A stretch of 64,000 bases of DNA, taken from positions 164,997 through 228,996 of the forward strand of contig CANJUD010000004.1 of the NCBI GenBank assembly GCA_947477885.1, in the 5' to 3' direction. A program made the translations under genes and the position numbers. The notes under the pieces are model-generated. The model had not been told where the DNA came from. It worked only from the letters and a program-made list of their open reading frames with translations, and made no database searches. Each line of letters starts with the position of its first letter. The first letter of the stretch is position 1. The stretch is from Bacteroidota bacterium (GTDB lineage Bacteria > Bacteroidota > Bacteroidia > UKL13-3). Below, piece by piece: positions 20,159 through 31,676 of this stretch.

Positions 20159-22450
20159 ATGCGGAAACTACTTTCTATTGCCCTAGTATTGTTATGTTGC
20201 AAAAACATGTATTCACAGAGTGCGGGGTGGCAGTGGGTGGATAATAAGGAGGCCAAAAATTGGGGAGCAGCCAACACTTCAATTGTGAATGATAACAATT
20301 GCAATCTGTATTCACTATCGTTATATCAGCAAACAAATGGGGACACCCTTATTTCAAAATTTTCTAAAGATGGGAAATGTATCGGTGCAGCTGTAGTTCC
20401 GCAGAAGAAAGTCACAGTAATAAGTGGAGAAATAAAAATTCAAGATAGTCTAATAAAATGTGTGGTGGTATTTGCATTTAATGATACTTTAATCTTTGGG
20501 AAAGATACCATACTACCAGATTACCCATCAGTTAATAGAATTATTTTATATATTGAACTTGCTGCAACAGACTTAAGTTATATAAAAGCAAAAAAAATAG
20601 TACGAGTAAATAATAGCTTCAATTCAATAACCACTTATGATTTTGAAATTATAAATAATTCCATAATTATTGAGGCTTCATTCAATTATGATTCGTTGAT
20701 TTTTTGTGATAATAGTTCCTATGTACATACACTAGGAAGTAGCTTTTATTGGGGCGTATTAATTAGTTATGATACAAAAAATGAAAAAATTGAATGGAAA
20801 AAAATATACCATAATGATTCTAGTAGTTATATAAAAAATATAAGTAAGAAGGCTGATAATGCTATAATTCTTGGCTTCAGCAAAAACGATGTATTTAGTC
20901 CCTATTATAATAATTTTGCTGAAATAATTGACCCAAAAGGAAAAGTACTTATTCATCATGATTTTAACAACCAAAATGCTCAAATCAATAAAATAATAAG
21001 TAATAACTCTCATATCTATTTATCTGGCCAAGCAAATGATGATACTGTAATAATTAATAATAAAATATACTCCATAACATACGGTAGTTTTTTTATAGCT
21101 GAATTAGACAATAAATTAAACACCATTTGGATAAAATTCGGGACGGGGAAGATTGTCGATATGATAGTCGATAAAAAAAATATAGTTACGGTACTTGGCG
21201 AATTCGGCAATACGCTACAATATCAAAACTATCGTTTTCAAAATCCGTTTATCAAGCAATATCATGATGCTGATTTTGAAATGTTTTTTATGCGGCTCGA
21301 TTCCGTAGGAAATTTGAAATACATTGAACATCATGAAGTTCCTTTTCACCACCATGCTATCAAGATATCAGCAAATGAGAATGATATTTTCTTTTCGGGA
21401 ACATTTCACTATGAGACTAAACCCTATACAACATACTTTGGGAATATCCCAATATTCATTGATACTGGTGAATATAATTATGTCGCTAGATACACCGTTT
21501 CAAAACTATTCTTCAATATATACTTAGGCACTTGCAAAGATTCAATTATTGTAGAGCATGACCCAGAATACACCACCTTCAACTGGTTCCTCAATGATAC
21601 CATCTATATAGGCAGTGGCGAAAAAATAAAATGGAATACCAACTATCCTCCTGGTAAATACAACATAAAAGTTGTAGCATCGGGGGCGATTGTATGCGAT
21701 GCAGAATATAAGGACACACTTACTTATGTAAACCCGCTGCCACCTGTAGATATAGGCAGCGACACTAGCATGTGTATACATGATAGTTTGGTTTTAAAAG
21801 CAAATATTATAGGGAATTATACTTGGAATACGCATGATACTACAGCAAATATCACGATAAAAAAAGCAGGAAAATATTTTGTAACCGTATACGATTCTGC
21901 CAAATGTTTTGTGAGTGATTCTATTATAGTAAATTATTTCCCCCAACAAAAACTAAACCTTGGCCGTGATTTCTCTTACTGTATTGACAGCGGTTTGCCG
22001 CAATTGGATGTTGCAGGTTATAAATACTATTTGTGGAGCACAGGCGAAACATCATCATCTATTCAAATAAAAGATCCTGCTCAATATAGTTTGCTCGTTA
22101 CTGATAGTTTTAATTGCAAACAATATGATACTATAGAAATAGCAGAAGTCTGTCCACCAAAAGTATACGTACCCAACAGCTTTACCCCCAATGGCGACGG
22201 CCTTAATGATATATTCAAACCCAGTGCATCATTTGTAGAAAAATATACCCTCACCATCTATAATAAATGGGGCGAACTCATCTATACCGGCACCGAAAAA
22301 GATGAAGGCTGGAATGGAAAATACAGAAACACAGAAGCCAAAGAAGATATATATATTTGGCTTCTAACCTGGACAGGAAAACGAGACGTTAATTATGATA
22401 TTAACGGCACGCAACAAGGAACAGTAACCTTAATTAGAAAAGCAAAATAA
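20159..22450 (+). CDS. T9SS type B (gliding-motility C-terminal domain) protein
   Basis: VPNSFTPNGDGLNDIF...IYNKWGELIY...GWNG. Confidence 0.88.
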   Translation: MRKLLSIALVLLCCKNMYSQSAGWQWVDNKEAKNWGAANTSIVNDNNCNLYSLSLYQQTNGDTLISKFSKDGKCIGAAVVPQKKVTVISGEIKIQDSLIKCVVVFAFNDTLIFGKDTILPDYPSVNRIILYIELAATDLSYIKAKKIVRVNNSFNSITTYDFEIINNSIIIEASFNYDSLIFCDNSSYVHTLGSSFYWGVLISYDTKNEKIEWKKIYHNDSSSYIKNISKKADNAIILGFSKNDVFSPYYNNFAEIIDPKGKVLIHHDFNNQNAQINKIISNNSHIYLSGQANDDTVIINNKIYSITYGSFFIAELDNKLNTIWIKFGTGKIVDMIVDKKNIVTVLGEFGNTLQYQNYRFQNPFIKQYHDADFEMFFMRLDSVGNLKYIEHHEVPFHHHAIKISANENDIFFSGTFHYETKPYTTYFGNIPIFIDTGEYNYVARYTVSKLFFNIYLGTCKDSIIVEHDPEYTTFNWFLNDTIYIGSGEKIKWNTNYPPGKYNIKVVASGAIVCDAEYKDTLTYVNPLPPVDIGSDTSMCIHDSLVLKANIIGNYTWNTHDTTANITIKKAGKYFVTVYDSAKCFVSDSIIVNYFPQQKLNLGRDFSYCIDSGLPQLDVAGYKYYLWSTGETSSSIQIKDPAQYSLLVTDSFNCKQYDTIEIAEVCPPKVYVPNSFTPNGDGLNDIFKPSASFVEKYTLTIYNKWGELIYTGTEKDEGWNGKYRNTEAKEDIYIWLLTWTGKRDVNYDINGTQQGTVTLIRKAK

Positions 22451-22451
22451 A

Positions 22452-23810
22452 CTACCTTTCTATTACAATTCTCTTCGCACTAACCCCAATACCATCAATC
22501 ACCTTCAGCATATACACACCACGCGATAAATCGGAAATATCTATGATATTATTTGCAGCATTATTATAACTATTTTGTTTCAACAATTTACCATCAACTG
22601 AATAAATTTCAGTTTTAAACTTTGAAAGAGAAGTATTTGAAATGGCAATATAATCATTTGCAGGGTTTGGGTAAATCTGAACATCGTTTGAGTTATTCAC
22701 CTCAGATATCGCATTAATAAAAGTAAACTTAGCTACGTAGTTACTTCCGCTTAAATTTTTAAAATTACCTCCAGCATATACACTCCCTTTGCTATCAGCA
22801 CTTATTGCATTGATAAAATCTCCCGCATTAAGTGGAGAAGCACCGGCACCCAATTCACTCCATTTGGTACCATTCCATTTAGCTACATATTGTTTGCCAC
22901 CTGCATTGGTAAATTTACCTGCTGCATATATATAACCTTTGTTTCCAATGCATATAGAATTTATATCATCATTGGCAGCTATTGAATTGCTTCCACCTCC
23001 AACTTCATTCCAGTCAGTTCCATTATACATGGCTATTGAATAGTCGCCATTGGTATTGGTAAAACCTCCGCCAGCGTAGACGTTGCCAGCAATATCAGTA
23101 CATACTGAATTAATATAATCATTGGCATCTAATGGCGTAGCACTTGCACCACCCAGTTCGCTCCATTTGTCGCCATCCCATTTGGCCACATATTTCATCC
23201 CGCCTATGTTTGTAATCCTTCCAGCAGCATATACATTGCCAGCCGTATCTACCGCAATGGAGTATATCAAACTATCACTGTTCAAGCCTTTGGCACCACC
23301 GCCCATTTCTGCCCATTGGGTACCGTCCCATTTAGAAACATAATATTTGCCGTTGCTATTTTTAAAAGCACCTGCTGCATATACATTGCCTTTGTTATCA
23401 ACACAAATTGAATTTATGTCGCCTACCACGCCTAGTGCGCTGCCACCGCCAATTTCGACCCATTTGGCTCCATTCCATTTTGCTACGTAGTTTTTAAATG
23501 TAGTATTTGTAAATTTTCCGGCTGCATATACATTTCCTGCAGCATCAGAGCATATTGATTGAATATAATTATTTGCATAAAGTGAAGTAGCTCCAGTTCC
23601 CATTTCGGCCCAAGCAGTGCCATCCCATTTTACTACAATAAAATCGCCGTTGGTGTTTTTAAACTTGCCTCCTGCATAGGCATTGCCATTGGCATCGCAA
23701 TGTACTGCCAATATTAAATTGTTTGCTTTTAATGAACCTGGCTCTCCCCAGTTTTGGGCAAAAGAGATTGAACTTATTGAAAGAAGTGCGATGAGTAAAA
23801 TATTTTTCAT
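22452..23810 (-). CDS. Beta-propeller repeat protein, T9SS type A cargo
   Basis: About seven ~50-aa repeats (GNVYAAG.F.N..G..YVAKWDG..W); CTD IYPNPA. Confidence 0.85.
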   Translation of the reverse strand: MKNILLIALLSISSISFAQNWGEPGSLKANNLILAVHCDANGNAYAGGKFKNTNGDFIVVKWDGTAWAEMGTGATSLYANNYIQSICSDAAGNVYAAGKFTNTTFKNYVAKWNGAKWVEIGGGSALGVVGDINSICVDNKGNVYAAGAFKNSNGKYYVSKWDGTQWAEMGGGAKGLNSDSLIYSIAVDTAGNVYAAGRITNIGGMKYVAKWDGDKWSELGGASATPLDANDYINSVCTDIAGNVYAGGGFTNTNGDYSIAMYNGTDWNEVGGGSNSIAANDDINSICIGNKGYIYAAGKFTNAGGKQYVAKWNGTKWSELGAGASPLNAGDFINAISADSKGSVYAGGNFKNLSGSNYVAKFTFINAISEVNNSNDVQIYPNPANDYIAISNTSLSKFKTEIYSVDGKLLKQNSYNNAANNIIDISDLSRGVYMLKVIDGIGVSAKRIVIER

Positions 23811-23903
23811 TATAGTATTTGGTTATTTTGCTTACTCTAAAAGGTTTTCAGCTCTCCCCTGTTTTTAATTATGCGGGCAAATATAGGGTTTGATAGAGAA
23901 ATA

Positions 23904-25355
23904 TTACTTCCTCTTCGACCTATCTTTAATCTCTTCCAACAATAAATCAATAGATGTAGCATCCTCATTTGTTTTTATGAGAGAGCCTTTTCCAAGATCA
24001 ACTATTTCTTGTAATTTTTTAGCAGCAGTTTCAGATATGCCCAGCATGAGCACCGATAATATAATAGGATCAGCTTCGCGGCCACTAAATGTTTGCATCA
24101 GTATTCTATCTTCAGGCGAAAGGCGGAAAACACCATCGGTAGCTAGAATTATTTGATTATTACCGCCAACTATCAGCGACTTGTTTGCAAGTTCGTAGGC
24201 CAGCTCAATGCCTTTATTTGCATTGGTCATTCCATTTGCTTTTAAGCTATCAAGGGTTTTATAGAATAATTTTTTTTCGATGGCTGGTGTTGGGGGAACC
24301 ATCATACGGGCCGTTTGACTGAACACAATAATACTCACCCGATCTACTGGCCTCAGTTTTTCTATAAGTTCGTGCGACTGTTTTATAAATAAATCCAATC
24401 TATCTGGCTTGGCCATGGAGCCTGAAATATCTATTAGTAATACAATATTGTTTGGGGTAAAAAACAAAGGATTCAATTTACCATCAATAATCTCAGTTTG
24501 CAGAACAGGAATAACATTGGGTTCTACTTTTTTAAATGGGATTGAATCTACCGTAGGTTCAACTTTAGTTACTTTTATAGGTTCTGTTTTTTCAACTTTT
24601 ACAGCAATAGTTTCAATACGCTCAGTCTCAATTTTTTTAGCAATGGTTTCAGGTATAATCATTTTGCCTGTATCATAACTAATTTGGTCAAGCTCTATAA
24701 TAAATTTGGTTGATTCCCGATTCAAATACTTCTCTACTACTTTGCCCTTATGCCCATCGGCCGAGGTTCTTACCTCATATAAACCTGGCGATACATTATA
24801 TTGTATCGCACCATCAATTTTGGTATAACCAAAAAACGAACGAAAACTCCCATCGAATACTTGGAAAAAAGCTCCATCAATAGGTAATTTGGTTTTGGCA
24901 TCAATAACCAAAGCATCTAATTTGGGGATGACTCCCAACTTAAACAAATCGGGATGAGCATCGCGGAATGAATAGCAAGGCATTGGGTCATCTTTGACCA
25001 CTTCTTTTATCACACCCTTCATTTCAAGCACCGTTGGTTTTGAATCGGTACTAAGGTAAACAGTTATTTTCTCATTGAAAGGGCCAGCTTTATCAGGGGT
25101 ATAATAAATGCGGATGGTGTCGCTCTGCCCTGGCTTAATAGGTGCTCGGGCAAATGACCATGTGAAATTATTGGCCCCATCTAACCGCAATATAAAAGCT
25201 TCTTCGGTACCTGTATTGGTTACAACAAATTCTGAGAAAAGTATTTTAGCCTTGGAGACTGTTCCATAATCGTTGCTCTTGTTTTGGAATGCGAGTTGTG
25301 CATTTGCATTAGCCACGTAAGCCAAACAAAAAAACATGAAATATTTTTTTATCAT
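23904..25355 (-). CDS. DUF1573 (Ig-like) + von Willebrand A domain protein
   Basis: PIKPGQSDTIRIYY; MIDAS DISGSM; ILATDG. Confidence 0.85.
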   Translation of the reverse strand: MIKKYFMFFCLAYVANANAQLAFQNKSNDYGTVSKAKILFSEFVVTNTGTEEAFILRLDGANNFTWSFARAPIKPGQSDTIRIYYTPDKAGPFNEKITVYLSTDSKPTVLEMKGVIKEVVKDDPMPCYSFRDAHPDLFKLGVIPKLDALVIDAKTKLPIDGAFFQVFDGSFRSFFGYTKIDGAIQYNVSPGLYEVRTSADGHKGKVVEKYLNRESTKFIIELDQISYDTGKMIIPETIAKKIETERIETIAVKVEKTEPIKVTKVEPTVDSIPFKKVEPNVIPVLQTEIIDGKLNPLFFTPNNIVLLIDISGSMAKPDRLDLFIKQSHELIEKLRPVDRVSIIVFSQTARMMVPPTPAIEKKLFYKTLDSLKANGMTNANKGIELAYELANKSLIVGGNNQIILATDGVFRLSPEDRILMQTFSGREADPIILSVLMLGISETAAKKLQEIVDLGKGSLIKTNEDATSIDLLLEEIKDRSKRK

Positions 25356-25405
25356 TCAGAATGGATTGAACAAAAACCTTGCCTGCTATATTTATTATGC
25401 GGCGA

Positions 25406-25990
25406 TTAATGATAATGAGCGGTAAAACTCGCACTATCTCTTAAATGTCCTTGCATTGCGCTCCACACTTTTGCCCTGGTGGTACCATCAGTTAAAGTAA
25501 GTCTGCAATCTATTGCATACAACCTGAATGAGTATGTGTGTACCTCTACTCCCGGAGGGCTTGGAGGGCCATATTGTGGCTGCCCTAATTCATTATTGGC
25601 AATATTTGCACCAGTTGGCAATTTGTAAAATAAGTTTATGCCTTCGCTTATCGAGCGGCAGGTATCAGGAATATTGAAAACGCACCAGTTGGTAGTAGCA
25701 TGTTTCCAAGTAGCTACATTGCTAGGGGTTGGGTCGTCCATTATAAGAACATAAGATACAGTAGTTGAAGGCGGATTAACCCAGGCAAGAGGCGGGAAAA
25801 CTGATTTGGCAACATCAGTAGTGTATTTAACAGGTAGCAAGCCACCGTCATTAAATGAGGAACTGCTAAGGGCAAACTTGTTTGCGTTATTGTTGATATT
25901 TGTGTTATTAGTGCTTGAAGTATCTTTCTTCTTGCAGCTAAAAGCAATAGCCACACAAATGCAAGTGGCAATGAGCAATGATTTTTTCAT
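25406..25990 (-). CDS. YbhB/YbcL (PEBP) family lipoprotein
   Basis: Lipobox AFSC; PPLAW, MDDP, YGPPSPP..HTYSFRLYA. Confidence 0.85.
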   Translation of the reverse strand: MKKSLLIATCICVAIAFSCKKKDTSSTNNTNINNNANKFALSSSSFNDGGLLPVKYTTDVAKSVFPPLAWVNPPSTTVSYVLIMDDPTPSNVATWKHATTNWCVFNIPDTCRSISEGINLFYKLPTGANIANNELGQPQYGPPSPPGVEVHTYSFRLYAIDCRLTLTDGTTRAKVWSAMQGHLRDSASFTAHYH

Positions 25991-26028
25991 ATTAAAATTT
26001 GGTTATTGGGTTATAAGGATTAGTACTA

Positions 26029-26036
26029 TATTTTTG
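26029..26036 (+). promoter_or_regulatory. -7 promoter element (TATTTTTG) of the PPIase operon
   Basis: TAnnTTTG upstream of 26075. Confidence 0.5.
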
Positions 26037-26074
26037 CACCCGCAATTTTAACTCATAAATTTATTAATCTAAGA

Positions 26075-28024
26075 ATGTTCAGTAAAATTTTTTCTACAAT
26101 CGTGTTCACGGTGTTTGTAATTTCTGCAAATGCCCAATCTCCTAACATTTTCACGTACGGCAACGATGCTGTAAGCCGCTCAGAGTTCGAAAGAGTGTAC
26201 ATGAAAAACAATCCCAAAGGCCAGATGCCTGACAATAAAAGTATTGATGAGTATTTAGATTTGTACATCAATTTTAAATTAAAAGTAAAAGAAGCGACCA
26301 TTCTGGGTATGGACACCGCTGAGGCTTACAGAAAAGAGCTTGCTGGCTATCGCAAACAATTGGCTCAACCTTATCTTAGTGATAAAAATGTAACCGAAAA
26401 ACTTATCAAAGAAGCTTATGATCGTTCACAGATTGAAGTGAAGGCGTCGCATATTTTGGTTTTTCTGGATGAGTATGCGCTACCAAAAGATACGCTTGCT
26501 GCTTATGGAAAGATCATGAAAATCCGCAACGAAATTATTATTGGTGGCGAAAGTTTTGATAGTGTTGCTACCCGCAGCAGTGAAGACCCATCCGCCAAAT
26601 TCAATAATGGAGACCTAGGATATTTTACTGCTTTCAATTTGATTTATTCATTTGAGAGCATGGCTTACAATTCTACAATTGGTGATGTTAGTTTGCCATT
26701 CCGCACCCGTTTCGGTTATCATATTCTTAAGGTAACTGATAAGCGTGCTGCCCGCCCCGATTTGAAAATCGCACACATCATGCTCAAAACTTCAACTGAT
26801 GCAGTTGCTAACCAACAGGTAAAAAGTAAAATAGATAGTTTATATAACAGAATAAACATGGGCAGTGCATTTGAAGAATTATGTAAAAAGTTTTCGCAAG
26901 ATGAAGGAACAGCTACTAAAGGCGGTGTACTAAACATTATTCAAAGTCTTGATACCCGTTGGCCTCCCGATTTTAAAGAAGCTGCTTATTCTTTGAAAAA
27001 AGAAGGCGATGCGAGCACCCCTATTAAAACAAATTATGGCTGGCATATACTCAAACTTATTGAAATTAAACCAATTCAAGATTACGAAAACAAAAAAGAA
27101 GAGCTAAGGATGCGTGTGAACAAAGACATGCGTTCAGAAATGAACAAAGAAAGCGTGATTGAGCGTATCAAAAAAGAAAATGGCTTTAAAGAGAAGCCTG
27201 CTAATTTGAAAAAGTATTATAATGTGGTGGACTCAAGTATACTTGCTGGCAAATGGAAAGGTAATGCCAAAAACAAGATGATGAAGAAGCCTTTATTCAA
27301 GCTGGGAGATAAAAACTTCACTGGATTAGATTTCGCAAATTATATATCCGATTACCAAACTCCTCGCACCAATGCGGGTATTATACCTGTGGTGAATAGT
27401 TATTATGCTGAGTTTGTAAAACAAAGTGTATTAGGTTTTGAGGAAGAACATTTGGAAGGCAAGAATGACACCTTTAAAAATCTATTTAAAGAGTATCATG
27501 ATGGCATTTTACTTTTTGAATTGAATGATAAAAAAGTGTGGAGCAAAGCCACTACCGATACTCTTGGATTAAAGAATTTCTACGAGCAAAACAACGCCAA
27601 CTACCTATGGAAAGACCGTGCAGACGCAGCTTTGATAGATTGCGACAATAATGCAACTGCGACGGCTGTTGCCAAAATGATAACTAGCGGCAAGGCGGCA
27701 GATGAGATTCAGAAAGAATTGAATGAGAAAAATGCACTTGCCATTGGCTTAAAAGAAAGTAAATTTGAAAAAGGGGAAAACTCATTATTGGATTCGCTGG
27801 GCTGGAAAAAAGGTGTGAACTCTTATAATTTCCCTGATGGCCATATAACCATTGTTTGGATAAAAGATATAATACCTGCTGGGCCAAAAAAAATGCAAGA
27901 AGCCAAAGGAATTATCACAGCTGATTATCAAACTTACTTGGATAAGGAATGGATAAAAGAACTGCGTGAAAAATATCCTGTAAAAGTTGACCAAGCTATT
28001 AAGACGGCCTTGTTTTCTAAATAA
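26075..28024 (+). CDS. Parvulin-type peptidyl-prolyl isomerase
   Basis: ASHIL, SEDPSA..NGDLGYF, TRFGYHILK; second rotamase domain. Confidence 0.9.
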   Translation: MFSKIFSTIVFTVFVISANAQSPNIFTYGNDAVSRSEFERVYMKNNPKGQMPDNKSIDEYLDLYINFKLKVKEATILGMDTAEAYRKELAGYRKQLAQPYLSDKNVTEKLIKEAYDRSQIEVKASHILVFLDEYALPKDTLAAYGKIMKIRNEIIIGGESFDSVATRSSEDPSAKFNNGDLGYFTAFNLIYSFESMAYNSTIGDVSLPFRTRFGYHILKVTDKRAARPDLKIAHIMLKTSTDAVANQQVKSKIDSLYNRINMGSAFEELCKKFSQDEGTATKGGVLNIIQSLDTRWPPDFKEAAYSLKKEGDASTPIKTNYGWHILKLIEIKPIQDYENKKEELRMRVNKDMRSEMNKESVIERIKKENGFKEKPANLKKYYNVVDSSILAGKWKGNAKNKMMKKPLFKLGDKNFTGLDFANYISDYQTPRTNAGIIPVVNSYYAEFVKQSVLGFEEEHLEGKNDTFKNLFKEYHDGILLFELNDKKVWSKATTDTLGLKNFYEQNNANYLWKDRADAALIDCDNNATATAVAKMITSGKAADEIQKELNEKNALAIGLKESKFEKGENSLLDSLGWKKGVNSYNFPDGHITIVWIKDIIPAGPKKMQEAKGIITADYQTYLDKEWIKELREKYPVKVDQAIKTALFSK

Positions 28025-28890
28025 TGTACAACTCAGCAAAGTTTGGCTTTTTAATATATTGCTTGCTTTGTATGGCACTCATGCTAAGCTCCAGTTGCAA
28101 AAACGACAAAGGGAGAAAACTAGCTAGGGTTGGCGACAACTACCTATACAGTTCCGATTTAAATGGATTGATCACACCCAATACCAATGCGGCCGATAGC
28201 GAACGATTTGCAAAAAACTACGTTCGCAATTGGGTGGAACAGCAGGTATTGATGATGGAGGCGGACAAAATACTTACTGATGAAGAAAAGAACAAAGACA
28301 TTCAAATAGCCGATTATAAGAACTCTTTAATGATTGAATCATTGCGGCAAAATATTGTGAACCAAAATGCAGATACCACCGTTACCACTGCCGAAATAAA
28401 GGAGTATTACATGAAAAACCGCAAAGAGTTTGAACTTAAAACTAATTTGCTGCGACTTAATTACTTCAAATTTAAAAAAGGGATAACCGGCATTGAGAAA
28501 GCCCGCCAATGGTTTTTAGCTGATGATGTGAACCAAACAGCTAAATTGATGGATTATAGCAGAGTATTTGCGGAATTCACTTTTGTAAATGATACAGTTT
28601 GGCTCAAGTTTGATGATATTGCCAAGGAGATTCCGCTGAAAGCATATAATGAAGAACAGTTTCTTACTAATAACCGAAAAACGATTTTGGAAGATGCCCT
28701 GTTTCTTTATTTTGTAGATATAAAAGATAGCCGTATTAGAAGCGGAGTATCACCACTGGAACTTGAACTGGATAATATCCGAAACATTATCAGTAACAAA
28801 AAGAAGATTGACGCCGTTAAGAAAAAAGAAATTGAATTGCTGCGCAACGCCGAAAAAGAAGGCATAACCGAAATATACAAAACTCAATGA
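28024..28890 (+). CDS. PPIase-cluster lipoprotein
   Basis: Lipobox SSSC; LARVGDNYLY; coupled between two PPIases. Confidence 0.8.
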   Translation: MYNSAKFGFLIYCLLCMALMLSSSCKNDKGRKLARVGDNYLYSSDLNGLITPNTNAADSERFAKNYVRNWVEQQVLMMEADKILTDEEKNKDIQIADYKNSLMIESLRQNIVNQNADTTVTTAEIKEYYMKNRKEFELKTNLLRLNYFKFKKGITGIEKARQWFLADDVNQTAKLMDYSRVFAEFTFVNDTVWLKFDDIAKEIPLKAYNEEQFLTNNRKTILEDALFLYFVDIKDSRIRSGVSPLELELDNIRNIISNKKKIDAVKKKEIELLRNAEKEGITEIYKTQ

Positions 28891-30266
28891 GAATTATATT
28901 CATACTATATATACTAACTATTTTGGGAGGCCATAGGGCTCTTGCACAACCTATTCTACCTGCCACCACAGTGGTTAATAAGCCCATTTTGGTTGATGAG
29001 GTAGTAGCAGTTGTAGGAAATAATTATATACTTCGCTCAGATATTGAAATATCCTATTTGCAGCTTAAACGCAACTTTGAAGGCATCAGTCCTGATTCAG
29101 CAAAATGTATTATACTCGATCAGTTATTGGTAGATAAACTGATGTTATATAAAGCTGAAATAGACAGTGTGGTGGTATCGGACGATCGAGTAGAGAGTGA
29201 GATAGAACGAAAGCTTAGAATGCTGTCGCAAGAATATGGTGGCATGGATAAAATGGAGAGCTTTTTGGGTAAAAGTGTGGGAGAACTTAAAAGTGAAAAC
29301 CGTGAAAAAATACGTGTACAGCTCAGAGTACAAGAGATTAGGCAAGGAATTTTAAGAGATGTGAAAGTGGGCCCAAGTGATGTACAAAGTTTCTTTAAAC
29401 AAATACCCAAAGATAGTTTGCCCTATAATAGTGCTGAAGTGGAGGTATCCATTTTTGTAAGAAAACCCCATGTTACCCCCGATGAAAAAGCGTTTGCCTA
29501 TCAAACATTGGTCGAGATTAGAGAACAAGTAATGAATGGGAAAGACTTTGCTAGCATGGCTTTATTATACTCGCAAGATCCTGGTTCAGCTCGCAATGGA
29601 GGTGATTTAAATTATTTTGGCCGCGGTGAAATGATGCCTGAATTTGAAGCCACTGCATTTAAACTAAAACCTGATGAAGTATCGCGTATTATAGAAACAC
29701 CTTTTGGTTATCATATTATAAAATTGATTGATAGAAAAGGTGAAAGAGTGCGAGCAAGACATATATTAATTAAACCCCAAACAATAAACGAAGATGTGAG
29801 AACAGCAAGGCGTTTTTGCGATTCAGTAAGGCTAATGGTGCTAGATAAAAAAGTTACTTTTGAAGACCTTGTGAAAAAATATTCTGATGATGAAGAAAAT
29901 CGTGCCAATGGTGGTTTTATTATCGACCCTTCAACAGGGCAAGCCAGAATAAGTGTAGAAGAACTTGATAAGGAGCTCAACTTTATTATTGAAAAAATGA
30001 TGCCTGGTCAAATATCAGAAGTAATGGATTATGTGATGCCCGATAATACAAAAGCTTATCGTTTATTATATTTGAAAAGCTATGTACCACCGCATGTTAC
30101 CAACCCTGTAACGGATTATCAAAAGATACAAGCATCGACCATGGAACGCAAACGCCAAACTGCACTTGATACTTGGGTTAAACATTACCGCAAAAAAGCG
30201 TATGTTCGCGTAAATACAGATTATTCCAATAGCCCGCTGCTGAAGCGTTGGATTGCTGCTAAATAA
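28887..30266 (+). CDS. surA: SurA-like chaperone/PPIase
   Basis: VDEVVAVVG N-domain; SQDPGSARNGGDL; ETPFGYHIIKL. Confidence 0.85.
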   Translation: MRIIFILYILTILGGHRALAQPILPATTVVNKPILVDEVVAVVGNNYILRSDIEISYLQLKRNFEGISPDSAKCIILDQLLVDKLMLYKAEIDSVVVSDDRVESEIERKLRMLSQEYGGMDKMESFLGKSVGELKSENREKIRVQLRVQEIRQGILRDVKVGPSDVQSFFKQIPKDSLPYNSAEVEVSIFVRKPHVTPDEKAFAYQTLVEIREQVMNGKDFASMALLYSQDPGSARNGGDLNYFGRGEMMPEFEATAFKLKPDEVSRIIETPFGYHIIKLIDRKGERVRARHILIKPQTINEDVRTARRFCDSVRLMVLDKKVTFEDLVKKYSDDEENRANGGFIIDPSTGQARISVEELDKELNFIIEKMMPGQISEVMDYVMPDNTKAYRLLYLKSYVPPHVTNPVTDYQKIQASTMERKRQTALDTWVKHYRKKAYVRVNTDYSNSPLLKRWIAAK

Positions 30267-30275
30267 TTTACAATC

Positions 30276-31670
30276 TTAGTATCCCAATATCTTTAACATA
30301 CTTTCAGGGGTTTGTTCTTTATTGAACAATTTAAATGTATGTTCACCTTTTTCGTTTTTGTCTATAATAATATGTTTGGGGGCTGGTATTAAACAATGTT
30401 GAATGCCTCCATATCCTCCCAGTGATTCTTGATAAGCTCCTGTATGAAAAAATCCCATATATAATTCTTCATCATGGTGAAGTTTGGGCATGAACACTTG
30501 GTTGGTATGGCTATCACTATTATAAAAATCCTGTCCATCGCAAGTAAGTCCGCCTAGGTTGATGCGTTGAAACTCACGCTGCCAATGGTTTAAGGCAAGT
30601 AATATAAATTTCTGCCCGATGCCCCAAGTGTCAGGCAATGTAGTGATAAAACTACTGTCAATCATATACCAAAGTTCTTTATCGTTTTGCTGCTTTTGGC
30701 CAACTATTTTATATAATGTTGCACCACTCTCCCCTACTGTAAACGAACCAAACTCAGTAAATATATCTGGCTCGGGTACATCTTTTTCATCGCATATATA
30801 TTGTATAATCATTACAATCTGCTCTATCATATATTCATAATTGTGCTCAACGCCCAAACTATTATATATGGGCATACCGCCGCCAATATCAAACCAATCC
30901 AATGTATTGCACTCTTGGCGAAGGTCGCAGTATACATTTACCAAACGGGTAAGTTCACTCCAATAAAAAGTGGTATCTTTTATACCTGAGTTCACAAAAA
31001 AATGCATCATCTTTAAAGTGAATTTTGGATTATCTTTTATCTTTTGATTATATAAACGCAAAATCTTTTTGCTACTCATTCCCAATCGAGAAGTATATAC
31101 AGAGAAGTTAGGCTCTTCTTCTGTAGCTACTCTAATTCCAATCTTAATTGGAACAGGGCACATACTATCCAACAGGTCAATTTCATCGGTATTATCGAGC
31201 ACACAAACCAAATTTTCAAATCCCATTTGCACTAACTCTACCATCCCTTTTATATAGCTATCGGTTTTGTAACCATTGCATATAATCTTTTTATGGATAG
31301 GGAACCTACCATCTTTGTGCAATGACTTTATAATATCCAAATCGAATGCAGATGAAGTTTCTAAATCTACATCACTTTTAAGACATTCCTCAATAATGAA
31401 TTTGAAATGCGAACTTTTTGTACAATAACAATAATGATATTTACCTTTATATTTATGTTTCTCAATTGCCTTTGCAAACAAGTCTTTGGCAACCTGAATC
31501 TGAGAACCAATTTTTGGCAAATAAGTTAACTTCAATGGCGTACCATATTCTTTCACAATTTCCATCAAATTGAGGTCGTGAAAAAACAAGTTACCGTTTC
31601 GCACATCGTAACCGTGGCGTGGGAAGTAGAAGGTTTGCTCTACTAGATCTATATATTTGTTTTTAATCAT
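30276..31670 (-). CDS. speA: Arginine decarboxylase (Bacteroidota short type)
   Basis: YCYCTKSSHF, DIGGG, TEFGSFTVGESG, GGLTCD, GAYQE. Confidence 0.88.
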   Translation of the reverse strand: MIKNKYIDLVEQTFYFPRHGYDVRNGNLFFHDLNLMEIVKEYGTPLKLTYLPKIGSQIQVAKDLFAKAIEKHKYKGKYHYCYCTKSSHFKFIIEECLKSDVDLETSSAFDLDIIKSLHKDGRFPIHKKIICNGYKTDSYIKGMVELVQMGFENLVCVLDNTDEIDLLDSMCPVPIKIGIRVATEEEPNFSVYTSRLGMSSKKILRLYNQKIKDNPKFTLKMMHFFVNSGIKDTTFYWSELTRLVNVYCDLRQECNTLDWFDIGGGMPIYNSLGVEHNYEYMIEQIVMIIQYICDEKDVPEPDIFTEFGSFTVGESGATLYKIVGQKQQNDKELWYMIDSSFITTLPDTWGIGQKFILLALNHWQREFQRINLGGLTCDGQDFYNSDSHTNQVFMPKLHHDEELYMGFFHTGAYQESLGGYGGIQHCLIPAPKHIIIDKNEKGEHTFKLFNKEQTPESMLKILGY

Positions 31671-31676
31671 TTTATT

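Noticed and set aside
22452..23810. DNA-level repeats in the beta-propeller gene
   Set aside because: Explained by ordinary protein blade repeats.
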